Below, in pieces: positions 1 to 10,689 of a DNA stretch of 64,000 bases. The DNA comes from Isurus oxyrinchus (Eukaryota): contig JANJGN010000026.1 in assembly GCA_026770705.1 (NCBI GenBank), positions 39,060,001 to 39,124,000 of the forward strand. The letters run 5' to 3'. The notes beneath the pieces are model-generated. The model did not search any database. It saw nothing but the letters and a program-made list of their open reading frames with translations, and was not told the DNA's origin. Position 1 is the stretch's first letter. Every line of letters starts with the position of its first letter. The translations under genes and the position numbers were made by a program.

Positions 1-131
1 GGCCTTGTGTGGGAATGAGGGTTCTTTGCTCATGTCCACACTGCTTAAACAAAGAGTTTATATTATTGGTTAAAAACTGAAAACACAGTGGCGAATCAGT
101 GGATTGAGAGTTGAAGCTTCACATCAGAGCT

Positions 132-258
132 GGTATCAGAGGGAATGGAGCAGGGAGAGAGGATCCCTGGGGTGATGTTCAGTGAGTTCAGGAGGATGGT
201 ATCAGAGGGAATGGAGCAGCGAGAGAGGATCCCTGTGGTGATGTTGAGTGAGATCAGT
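132..258. repeat. 66-bp direct tandem duplication
   Basis: ggtatcagagggaatggagcag-gagagaggatccctg-ggtgatgtt-agtgag occurs at 132 and 198. Confidence 0.85.
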
Positions 259-589
259 TGTTTGTTGCGTCAGGCAGACCGCAGGTTCTGAGAATTTCCA
301 CGAGTTCTACTCACTGGTAATCCTGATAAACCCCAAACTGCGGTAATAATTTGCAGGATTACTGCTCGATAACGTCTTTTTGTCAGATCGGCCCCAGCTT
401 CTGGGAGTCATTCTTGGGTTTGTGTCAGCTGTTTCTTCTGTCTTAAATGTGTACTTTTTGTTATTCATTTATGCGATGTGGGCGTGGCTGTCTGGGCCAG
501 CATTTATTACACATCCCTAATTGCCTTGAGAAGATGGACTGTGATGTCTCTGCCTTGTGAGTGTTTAATTGGACAAGGTAGAGAGAGTC

Positions 590-905
590 CAGGCGAATGC
601 TCTGGCGGTACGGGTTCAAATCCCAACATGGCAGCTGCTGGGATTTGAATTCAGTTCATAAAATCTGGGACTGAAAACTGACCTCAGTGATGGTGACCAT
701 GGCAACTATCACCGATTGTCGTAAAAACCAATCTGCTGCACTAATATCCTTTAGTGAAGGAAATCTGCCATCTTTACTGGCCGACATGTGATTCCAGGTC
801 CACAGCAATGTGACTTAACTGCCCTCTGAATTGGTCTCGGAAGCCGGCCTGTTCGGGGCGGCCTTGCCAGCGACACCCACATCTCATGAAAGGATAAAGA
901 GGAAA
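590..905 (+). mobile_element. tRNA-derived shark SINE with LINE-like 3' tail
   Basis: B-box GGTTCAAATCCC at ~612, body ...gaaggaaatctgcc..., tail gccagcgacacccacatctcatgaa plus A-rich end; related copies at 23625, 27470 and 27700. Confidence 0.75.
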
Positions 906-1209
906 AAACTTTTAGTCCCAATCTAATCCCTGCTAAACGGACCCTGGGAGTGTTTAACGGGACTGTGTAAAGGAAACTTCAGTCCTCCATATGCTGTCGT
1001 GTATGGGCCTCTGATGAAGCAGACCCCTGCTGTTTACTATTACCTGATGTGACTGTGAGAAGCCTGAGTATGAGTGAAATCACCGAGGTTCTCCTCGCTG
1101 TGCAATCATTCTGCCTCTGGTGTTTGCCGTAAAAAGGCAGTGGTAAAGGTGTATTAACACCGATGAGTCGCTGGGTGGCGCAGTGCCTCTTTCACTGAAG
1201 GACTTTGGG

Positions 1210-1320
1210 CTCTGAAGAAGAGTCCTAAGGACTCGAAACGTTAACTCTGTTTTTTGTCTCCACAGATGCTGTGAGACCTGTTGAGTTTTTCCAGCTTTTG
1301 CTGTTTTTGTTTCACATCCC
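1210..1320 (+). mobile_element. Penelope-like element terminal-repeat fragment
   Basis: gactcgaaacgttaactctg...ccacagatgctg...tttccagc...ctgttttt; the same motif flanks the GIY-YIG element at 45890. Confidence 0.6.
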
Positions 1321-1449
1321 AGACAGGACTGGTTAAAAATACCTGTCTGGGAAAGGGGGGAAATCAGTGTAATAGGGAAAATGGAGCGGTGTCGACGATG
1401 GGCCTTGGAGAAAGGAGTTGAGCAAAGTCAGTTCGTTTCACATTCATGA

Positions 1450-1491
1450 TTTATTAACAGCTTCAGAGAACATTTTACAGGAAAGTTTATT
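1450..1491 (-). terminator. Polyadenylation signals of the membrane-form mu mRNA (AATAAA x2)
   Basis: tttatt on + at 1450-1455 and 1486-1491, about 420-450 nt after the TM2 stop. Confidence 0.7.
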
Positions 1492-1905
1492 TTAAAGTCA
1501 ACTGAAGTGAATATAATGACTGAGAGTCACATTGAGAACAGAGCACATTCGCTCTGAGCTGCCAAATATGTGTACAACTGTAACAGAGACCAGAAAGAGA
1601 AAACAGGAGCTCAATATAAAGGCAAGGGAATAATTGTGAATGAGGAATGAGAAAAGTTACTTATTTACACAGGGAATTCAAGCTACTGGGAAATTATAAG
1701 CTGCTATTGCAATGAATCATAATTATCTTGCACATTTGAAAGAGAGAAACGGAAATACCGTCCATGATTGTCTCAGCTACAAATTCGGAAACAGAAACTG
1801 AAGGTATTTCATTTTTAGAGTCATGGAGAAGACTTCTCTTACATTCGGAATACAGAGATCTCAATAAGGAGCTGAGGAAAATCTACGGTGTCCAAAATTC
1901 AATGG

Positions 1906-1914
1906 TCATTTGAT
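1906..1914 (-). CDS. IGHM: IgM TM2 exon, coding part (Ile-Lys-stop)
   Basis: Minus strand tcatcctcttttacag|ATC AAA TGA; phase 0 matches the TM1 donor and gives the cytoplasmic tail K-I-K. Confidence 0.9.
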   Translation of the reverse strand: MK

Positions 1915-2052
1915 CTGTAAAAGAGGATGAAATAATGAAGCAGATGTTTATGATCTAGGACATTTATGTTAGAGTTTTAATCAATGAAACATTGAGAGAT
2001 TTTTCAAACTGCTTCTGTCAGTTTGAAGTGTGAATGGATTGAATCTTCTCAC

Positions 2053-2180
2053 CTTCGCCAGAGTGACGGCAGTGCTGTAGAAAATGCTCAGGAAGAACAG
2101 GATGATGAATGTAGAAGCGGTTGTCCAGATGTTGCCGTTATCATCCTCAGAGTCTTCAATCCAGATGCGGTCTGTGGAAT
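2053..2180 (-). CDS. IGHM: IgM TM1 exon: (DST)DRIWIEDSEDDNGNIWTTASTFIILFFLSIFYSTAVTLAK
   Basis: Acidic spacer plus conserved antigen-receptor TM motif (WTTASTF..LF.LS.FYST.VT); donor AAG|gtgaga at 2052. The only usable AG acceptor is at 2173-2172 (exon start 2171); the homology-expected start at 2180 is preceded by CG. Confidence 0.93.
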
Positions 2181-2719
2181 CGACGGGGATATAGCCGAGG
2201 AGATATAATTAGATTGTTTATTAATCTAGGATATCATTTTTAAACATTTCCTTTACTCTTTCCTAAGTTATTAATGTATTCAATGTTCAATGTATATCTA
2301 CTATTAAGTGACACTCAATAACCCATCTCTGTAACTATCTCCACAGCTGTCCTTCCTTTACAATGTTTGTACAGTCCATGTCGGAAAATATAGCAACTTT
2401 TCTCCAGTATCAGTTCATTTTCGAACAATTTCGTATGATCTATTACTGGAGAATATTATGATGGGTATCGGGAGAGATTCACCGAGTTACTTATTTGGAA
2501 ACTGTGAACGTTGTTTTTAAAAGCTCAGATGTGATTTCCCATCTTGTTTGTTTATTTGTGATGGGAATGTTTGGTGCATCATTAACTTAAATCAGTTTCT
2601 CAGTAAGAGCATTGTTCAAGTGTGTTTATCAGGTAATAGAGACAATTGTCAGAGGATATGCCCGTTAAAAAAGTACATTTGAATTATACTTTCTTCAATC
2701 GCCTGAAATTTGTGTTGTG

Positions 2720-3810
2720 CTTTAGCTTTTGTGTGTGTCTGCATCAGTATCTCGCGCTTTGCATTACTGTTCGTGTGTCCATAGGTGTACATATGTGTTA
2801 ATGAGTGTGTTCATGTGCCAATGAGTGCTGATTTGTGTATTTTTGTGTCTGCGTCTTTACGTATATTTTGTTTTTCTGCCAATGTGGATGTATGCATGTG
2901 TTATTGTGTGTGCTTATGTCTTGATTTCCAAATTTACTTATTACTATCTGTGTAAATGTGTGTTTATCTGTTTAATGTGTGCCTGCTAGTATGAGTGTTA
3001 ATGTTTCTTTTTGTGTTCCACGTGTACGTCAGCATATTAATGTCTGTGTCATACGTCTGTGTGTGTGTGTATGTATGTGTGTGTTTGTGTGTATGCACGT
3101 GTGTGTGTGACACAGCGAGAAAGAGAAAGTTTTTAATATGTGCTTTTGTGTGTTGATCGATATTTAGAACTATGTATCAATGTGTGTTTATGTTTTCATA
3201 AGTACTAACGTGTGTTTTTTGTTTTCTAGTGTGTATGAGTATATTCATATTTGTGTCGACATGTGTGTTTGTGAATGTGTTAGTCTGTTCCTCTGTGTTT
3301 TTGTGTCTGGGTGTCGTCTGCTCATATGTGTGCATGTGTTAATGTGTGTCCATGCATTTGTTTTAATTTGTACGATAGTGTATGTCTTTATGTCTGTATT
3401 TATGTCATTGTGAACGTGTGATAATGCATATGCTAAAACTTACGTTTGTTCTTTGTGTCCTTGAATGAGTCTGCTTGTCCGGTTTTATCTGTGTGTGTGT
3501 GATTGTGTATATGTGTGTGAGCGAGTGTATCTGTTTGTGTATTTCTGCATGTGTGTGACTGTGTGCCTGTGTATTTGTTTATGTGTGTGATTGTGTGTAC
3601 GTGTGTGTCTGTGTATGTTTGTGATTGTGCTTGTGTGTGTGTGCGTGTGTGTGCACGTGTCTCTGTATTTGTCTATGTGTGTCTGCCTGTGTTTGTGTGG
3701 CTGCGCATGTGTGGGTTTAAATGTGTCTGCCTGTACCTGTATGTGTTTGTGTCTGTGCCTATGTGTGTGTATACGTGTGTTTGTGTCTGTCCATTTGTGT
3801 CAACTGTGTG
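2720..3810. repeat. Degenerate (TG)n-rich low-complexity tract
   Basis: Continuous tgtgtg/tgtatg runs; the C/V-rich ORFs here are artefacts. Confidence 0.9.
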
Positions 3811-4359
3811 TATTTTTATTATTTTCCAAAATTTCACCAGTACCAATGATCGAGTCTGACCTTGATATTGAAAATTTTGGTGAATATTTTCAATGTTCTG
3901 TGTATAAACGTGTTTTCTGTGAGATGCAAGGTGATATCAGGTGAACGAATGCAAACAACCAACCATGTGCCTCATAAAATTCAGGGACAGAACCTTGAAC
4001 AACTCAGGGAGGATTCAGTCACCAGTTTAGATTCGGATGATGGGAAATCAATCTTAGCATAAGCTTAACAGGAACAAGAGTGTTAAAACATCTTGAAATT
4101 ATGTTGCATAAATATATGTTTTTACAACATCCTAAGCATGATGGGAGTTTAAAATCTGTGGCCAGTAAGCTGGAAGCCAACTGGGACTGTTGGTAACTGC
4201 ATCCTGACAGTAGAGACCGTTTCCTTCCAGATTCTCTGCTCGGTGAGTGAGGGTCCAGTGAGTTAATAGTTTTGCTCTGTCTGGTTGTCTAAGCAATTTC
4301 CCTTTCGGTTCTCTCTGCTGAGAAGGTGGAGACACACCGGGTGAACCAATGAGCTTCCT

Positions 4360-4800
4360 CGTCTGTTTGTTTAGCAAGTGGAGGTAAAATTGGCTTAAAA
4401 TTTTCCTTTCAGTTTTCTCTGTTGGGGAAGTGGAGGCACAGCAGGTTAACAATTTCCCTTCCCCTCTCTCCGTTGGGAAAGTGGGGTACAGTGGCTAAAC
4501 AATTCCCCCCCACCCGCTGTTGTGGAAGTGGAGGTGAAGTGGAAGTGGAGGTGAAGTGGGTTAACAATGTCCCCTTCCCCTCTCTCTGTTGGGGAAGTGG
4601 GATAAAGTGGGTTAACAATTTCCCTTCCCCTCCCTCTGTTGGGGAAGTGGGGGTAAAGTGGGTTAAGAATTTCCTCTCCAAATCTCTCTTTTAGAGAAGT
4701 CGGGGTACAGTGGGTTAACAACTTCCCTTCCCCCTCTCTCTGTTGGGCAAGAGGGGGTACAGTGGGTTAACAATTTCCCTCCCCCCCACTCCCTGATGGG
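4360..4800. repeat. ~51-bp minisatellite, ~8 copies
   Basis: Unit gttaacaatttcccttcccctctctctgttggggaagtggggtaaagtgg; anchors at ~4445, 4495, 4560, 4611, 4661, 4714, 4766. Confidence 0.9.
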
Positions 4801-5198
4801 CGATTGTTGGGACATGTTTCTGTGTGACTTCACTTCAGTTCCCAGTGGGTGTGGTGCAGCAGTTTAAAGGTGACATCCATTTTAAAGGGATGGAAGACAA
4901 GAGAAGCAGGAACACCCAGATCTAAATGTGCTGTGATTGTTTGTCTGAAATGGGACTTGTCAGATTTCTCCTCAGTGGGAGGAGAGCTGGTGAAGTTATT
5001 TTGCAGAATCCCGTAATGAATGAGCTTTACTCTGTCTCTAACCCTGGGTGTATCTGAGCTGGGAGCACTGGGTGTACAAGACTTGGGTATGAGTCCTGTA
5101 AATATTCGATTTTAACTAAACAGGTCTAACATCAGCAAAAGTGGAAAACAACATTGATTAAACGATTGTGTATTTAAATCACGATTGGAGAAAAGGAC

Positions 5199-5214
5199 TT
5201 TATTATTTTTTATT
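5199..5214 (-). terminator. Polyadenylation signals of the secretory mu mRNA (AATAAA x2)
   Basis: tttatt on + at 5199-5204 and 5209-5214, 28-43 nt after the secretory stop codon. Confidence 0.85.
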
Positions 5215-5241
5215 GAAGTTTGAAATGTAACCGAGAGGTTC

Positions 5242-5633
5242 TCATTGACATGAATTAACGGTGTCCATCAGTGCAAGGGAAATATTCACAAAGCTCGGTT
5301 TACCACTGGATTTATCAACCGTTCTGTTGATGATCTTCAAGGGGATCGCTTCATGTCCCACCACACAGGAGTAAGAAGTGCCGCTGGCCCACTCCTCCGC
5401 TGCAATGGATAACAGGCTGTACATGAAGAAGGAGCGATTGCCGTTCTCCGCCACTACCTCCGTGTTCTTGTAGTTTCCGGGAGCCACCGGCTTGTCATTG
5501 ACGGTCCACTTGACGAAAATCTCTCGCGGGGAGAAACCTCTCACTAAGCAGCTGAGGGAGACGAATCCCTGTGCGGAGACATCTTCTGCCGAGGGCAGGA
5601 GGACAGACACGGACGGTTCCCGCGGGTCTTTAA
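5242..5633 (-). CDS. IGHM: IgM Cmu4 plus secretory tailpiece ([14 protein letters not shown]...[24 protein letters not shown])
   Basis: Acceptor tctgcag|TT at 5634; C1-set Cys/Trp; tailpiece with NIS glycosylation site and penultimate Cys; internal donor AGTG|gtaaac at 5303 used for the membrane form. Confidence 0.97.
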
Positions 5634-5764
5634 CTGCAGAAAATGTACAATAAATGTCAATAAACTAGATACTTTCGTAGACAATGAAACCGCTGGTTAG
5701 ATGTGAGAGAAACGTGTTTTGTGACGAATATTAAGGTTTTTCATTATCCACCTCTTGGAAATAT

Positions 5765-5955
5765 ATCACCGATCCTTCACTATAGCTGAATCAAAATCCT
5801 GGAACTCCCTTCCTAACAGCACTGTGGGTGTATCTACACCACATGGACTGCAGCGGTTCAAGAAGGCAGCTCACCACCACCTTGTCAAGGACAATTAGGG
5901 ATGGGCAATAACTCTGGCTCAGCCAGCGACGTCCACATCCATGAATTAATAAATA
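5765..5955 (+). mobile_element. 3' end of a CR1-type LINE / SINE tail
   Basis: tcaaaatcctggaactcc...gcagctcaccaccacctt...ggatgggcaata...gccagcgacgtccacatcc plus A-rich tail; same as 16490-16640. Confidence 0.7.
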
Positions 5956-6335
5956 AAATACTTTGGGATATGTCTGGCTTTCCAGCTCGGAGCAGAGGTG
6001 GCACAATCCTCTTCTCTAAGAACTTATGGGGTTGGACGAGAAAGTTTCTCAACGTTTACAGCACAGAAACAGGCCATTCTGCCCAACTGGTCTATGTTGG
6101 TGTTTCAGCTTCGCACCAGGCTCCTGCCAACTTGCTTCATCTAAACCCAATGGCACAGCCTTCAATTCATTGTTCATTCATCTACTTATCAATTTCCCCC
6201 TGAAAGTCCACAGGCCCAGGGCGTTTAGATGGCGAAATTGCTAATCAGAGTAGACTGAATAGTAAATATTGATCCTGACACTTACACTGGAAATAGACAC
6301 ATTGAACAACTTATTGCTTCAATTTCACCGCTCAC

Positions 6336-6647
6336 CTTGTTCCTTGTGGATGGAATTTCTTAAAGGAGTCGGCAGATCCTGATGGCTCACCATGCAGTAG
6401 AACTCAGCCCCACTCAGCCAGGCTTGTGTCGAGATGTTTACGTTGCTGACCACGCTGTCGGGATCCTCTCCCGGTTGGACGGCGATCTCTGATTTCAAAG
6501 GCTTCTTTTCTTGTGTCCAGGACACGAGGATTCCATAAGGAGCATTAGAAACGATGCAGGTTAAGGACACGGTCGCCTCCAGTAAGACCTGTTCTATTGG
6601 AGGTGGCATTAGACTAATTGTGGGATCGTTGGTGCAGTGGTGATCAT
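6336..6647 (-). CDS. IGHM: IgM Cmu3 ([31 protein letters not shown]...[16 protein letters not shown])
   Basis: Acceptor ctcacag|AT at 6648, donor AAG|gtgagc at 6335; 312 bp, phase 1-1; C1-set motifs. Confidence 0.96.
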
Positions 6648-7270
6648 CTGTGAGACAGAAATGAAGATCAACCAAAGTTTCACCTTCAGGAGCAGGACAG
6701 CAGTATTCAGCCTTCATTCCCTGAAGGAGAATTAATCACCTTGGACATATCAACACCTAACTATCATCTTTAATTTTCTTTACACAATGGAAAAGCAGCT
6801 TGGTCTGTGTAAATCGTTCTCATAATTTAAGTCCTTCAGCCCCGGTAACATTCTCATGAATCTGCTGTGCCCCAGTCCCAATACAAATGTATAATTCCTG
6901 GGCCTTGGAATGCAGGACTGAAAGCCATTTTATAAATAGGGTGGATGCACTTTCCAACACTCTATCCCGAAGCTGTTACCAGTGAAGGGTTCCAGACATC
7001 TTCTGCCTTTCGAAATATGATCAGCTGACTCAGGGTAAAGCTGATATCAAGTTCACCTCAATCACTCTGTGACGTCAATGTAGAGACGTGATGTGATCAA
7101 ATCCTGAATGGTGAACAATCCAAATGCAGCACTTACATCAGAATTAAACAATAACTACATGAAAGTAAATAAAAGTTGTTCCGTGCTTTTTACTAACTCC
7201 AATAAATTCCCGATTTGATTAACATTGCAGAGCAGAATGATCTGTTGCTTCCACGGTTTGTATTTCTTAC

Positions 7271-7585
7271 CCTCACACTTGGTGGCGTTTCGACTTTGAG
7301 TGACCCCTTGGTGAGTGACCTGACAGGTATAGACCGCGTCGCTGAACCATTCCCCAGCGGGGACTTTCAGCCGACTGGTCGCCGAGAAGTTCCCGTTCAC
7401 GTCAAAGACAGGAGAGGTGACAATTCCTGAATCCATGGGTTGTCCATTCTTCAGCCACTTCACGGTGATTGACTTTGAACGGAGATCGATGATTGAACAG
7501 ACGGCGATTGCAAATTTGTTGGTTCTGATTTCTTCCCGGGAACTCACGGTGAGGAGAACAGTTGGCGGTAAGTCAGGACGAGGAC
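7271..7585 (-). CDS. IGHM: IgM Cmu2 ([20 protein letters not shown]...[20 protein letters not shown])
   Basis: Acceptor ttttgaag|GT at 7586, donor GAGG|gtaaga at 7270; 315 bp, phase 1-1. Confidence 0.96.
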
Positions 7586-7784
7586 CTTCAAAAAACACAG
7601 GTTAGCCATTTCTTGCAGAAGAAATTGATAACAGATACAATGAGTTATTATATTTTAACCATGGACACGAACCTGGAATTTCCAGGGATCAGAACTATGC
7701 AGAGTACTATAAATACGTTATAACCAAGGCTCTATACAGGTCAATCACAGCCTTTCTGTTTCTCACAGGTTCCCCAACACTTAC

Positions 7785-8084
7785 ATTGCATTTCAACGCT
7801 CTTGTCTGAGACGCTGTGTCGAACCTCACACTTGATTATGCTGCATTCCCCCTCTGACTCGGTGATGGTTAACTGGCTGCTCAGAGTGTAGGTTCCCTTC
7901 TGGTTTCTCACTGATGGGTAAGTCTTAAATCCAGTGGTGATCTGCTGCCCATCTTTCTTCCAGGTCAGGCTGGTGATTTCTGGGGAATAGTCCATCGCCA
8001 AACAGCCGTAGGTGACGGAGCCGTCGGGGTTGTGTTGCTGACAGGAGGAGACCAGGCTGTAGAGAGTGGGTGCAGACGGTGTCG
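7785..8084 (-). CDS. IGHM: IgM Cmu1 ([35 protein letters not shown]...[15 protein letters not shown])
   Basis: Acceptor ctttcccag|CG at 8085, donor CAAT|gtaagt at 7784; 300 bp; N-terminal Cys at the usual L-chain-bonding position. Confidence 0.96.
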
Positions 8085-8329
8085 CTGGGAAAGAATGGCC
8101 GATCGAACAAGTTAGACTCTGTGATTTGTGATCATTAAGTAACCAAACAACTCAAAATTTGACTATAACTATAAACATATCCTAATATATTCCAATTGAA
8201 ACCCACATCCACATTTGATCATTTATTATTTCCATCATTTGATGGCCCTCACCTGTCGGTTCCCTCTTTAGAAACCCACACCTCTTTTCCCGCCTCTATC
8301 CCATTACTAAAAGAGAACATTTTGATGTC

Positions 8330-8490
8330 ATCTGAATGACGTACCTTTCAGTGGATTAAAATGGAAGAGCAGAGGATTTTACCCATTATTTCAGTCACCG
8401 TTTATTTCTCAATCAACAGCACTTGGTGATAGACAAATTGTCTCGTCATTTATATTATTGCAGTTTGGAATTTGGCTCTGTTCAAATTTC
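8330..8490 (+). mobile_element. Highly degraded Deu-domain SINE fragment
   Basis: gaagagcagagga...tttatttctcaatcaacagcac...gtcatt...ttgcagtttg resembles the reverse of the Deu-SINE at 63640-63960. Confidence 0.4.
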
Positions 8491-8639
8491 CTGATGCCCC
8501 CTCCCCTCTCCACGTCCCCCCAAAACAAAGAATAGCAACAACCCTTCGAAAGTACCTTTGTAATGGTACCTATATAATGACCATAGAACTCTAAACTGAA
8601 TACCAGTTACAGTAAGTACAACAGTTTCCAATCGTATGT

Positions 8640-10190
8640 ACATATGAACATGCGGATCAGTAGCAGGAGTAGGCCATTCGGCCTCTGGGGCCTCCTCCAC
8701 CATTCACTCCGGTCATAGCTGATCCGATTGTGGCGTGAACTCCACATTCCCGCCTACTCTTCGCTATCCTTTGACTCCCTTGTCAATGAAGAATCTCTCT
8801 ACCTCTGCCTTGAAATTTTAATGACTCATCCTCCATCGCTCTCTGGGGAAGAGAGTTCCAAAGTTTCACGACCCTTTGAGAGAAAAATAAAATCCCTTCA
8901 TTTCCGTCTGAAATGGGAGACCTCTTCTTTTTAAACCGTGTTCCCTATCGTTAGTCTCTCTCACAAGGGGAAACATCCTTTCAGCATCCACCCTGTCAAT
9001 TTCCCTCAGGATCTTACATGTTTCAATAAAATCAGCTCTCATTCTTCTAAACTCCGATGGGTACAGGCCCAGCCTATCCAAACTTTCCTCATAAGATAAC
9101 CGATGACACCTCCCAGTATCATTTGAATGAACATTCTCTGAACAGCTTCTAATGCTTTTATATCCTTTCTTAAATGAGACCAAATCTGTACACAGTAATT
9201 CAGATGAGGTCTCATCCCCACCCCGTTAAACTGTAATAAAATATCCTTCCATTTATATTATATTCCCCTTGTGATAAATGCCAACATTCCCTTTGCCTTC
9301 CTCATCACTTGCTGTTCCTGTATTATAACTTTTTGTGATTCATGCACCAAGGGATCCACATCCCTCTGTACCTCAGGGTTCTGCCATCTCTCTCCCTTTC
9401 AATAATATGCTGCTTTTGTATTCTTCCTGACAAAGTGGACAAGTTTATATTTTCCCAGATTATACTCCAACTGACATTTTTTTGCCCACTCACTTAACCT
9501 ATCGATATCCCTTTGCTGACCTTTATCCCCTCTTCACCATTTACTTTCCTATCTGTCTTTGTGTCATCAGCAAATTTAGCAAATTCATTCAGTCCTTTCA
9601 TTCAAATCATTGATATAAATTGTAAATAGGTGAAACAGCAGCATTGATCCCTTGGCACTTCACTTGTCACATCTTGCCAACATAAAATAACCAATTTATC
9701 CCTATTCTCTTTTTCCTGTTAGCTAACCAAACTTCTACCCATGCTGAAATGTTACTGCCGACACCATTATTTCGTGCAGTAACCTTTGATGTGCCACTTT
9801 GTCAAATGCCTTCTGGAAGCTCAAGTACAGCACATCCACAGGTTCTCCTTTATTCATGTTCCTTGTTACTTCCTCTATAGGCCTCAAATATTTCAGCCAA
9901 ACATGATTTCCCTTTCACAAAACCATGATGGGTTTGTGGGTCAAATGCCTAATTGCATTTGAATTTTCTAAGTGACCCGTGATAAACTCCTTAATAGATT
10001 CCAGCATTTTCGCTCTGACAGATGTTAAGCTAACTGGCCTGCAGGTTCTTACCTTCACTTTCCCTTCTTTATTTAATATAAAAGCCTCATTCCCTATTTT
10101 CCAATCTGATGAGATCTTTCCAGAATCTAGGGAAGTTTGGAAAATTAAAACCAATGCCTCTGCTATTTTAGTAGACACCTCATTAAGGCC
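8640..10190 (-). mobile_element. CR1-clade LINE, degraded RT/3' portion
   Basis: Fragments RPHLNYCVQIWS, LSYEESLDRLGLY, DWKIG...RPVSLTSVRAKMLES, interrupted by frameshifts. Confidence 0.92.
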
Positions 10191-10363
10191 AAAATATTTG
10201 TCCAACTTCTCAGCCCATTTCTTTATTTTCCTTTATTACCGGCTTGTCCAATCCATGTCCCGTGGCTGGATTGTGACCCCCAAAGCCCCTCTATATGGCC
10301 CCAGGACCCTTTGTTCTAAATGCTGGTCAGGCGGGTAAGTGGAATTGAAGATATCTGTTAAGA

Positions 10364-10476
10364 GCTGCTCCTCCAATCACAGGCCGGTCTTCTACCCATT
10401 AACTGCTGATAGGCTGACTAGCGGGCCTATCAGCAGTAAAAATGGGAGACAAACAGGTTGTGATTGGAGGGGCAGC
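10364..10476. repeat. ~113-bp imperfect palindrome (hairpin)
   Basis: gctgctcctccaatcaca...cccattaactgctgataggc pairs with gcctatcagcagtaaaaatggg...tgtgattggaggggcagc around a central CTAG. Confidence 0.9.
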
Positions 10477-10689
10477 GAACACCCGCTGGAGCAAGGTGCA
10501 GGGAGCCAGGGGGGAAGTGCACGGAGACATTGTCTCCCATCTTTCCCAGGCACTGAGTGCCTTTCTCCGGGAATGGAATAGCTTTCAGGAGGAGGAGAGA
10601 CAATGAGGGAGAGAGAGAGAGTTAGAGAGAATGGGGACCAGGGTGTCTGGGGCCTCCACTCTCAACGGCTTTCGGCCAGCTCTCCCCGT

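Noticed and set aside
3180-3944. Cys/Val-rich ORFs (also the His/Thr-rich ORFs at 14262-15363)
   Set aside because: Translations of TG/GA microsatellites.
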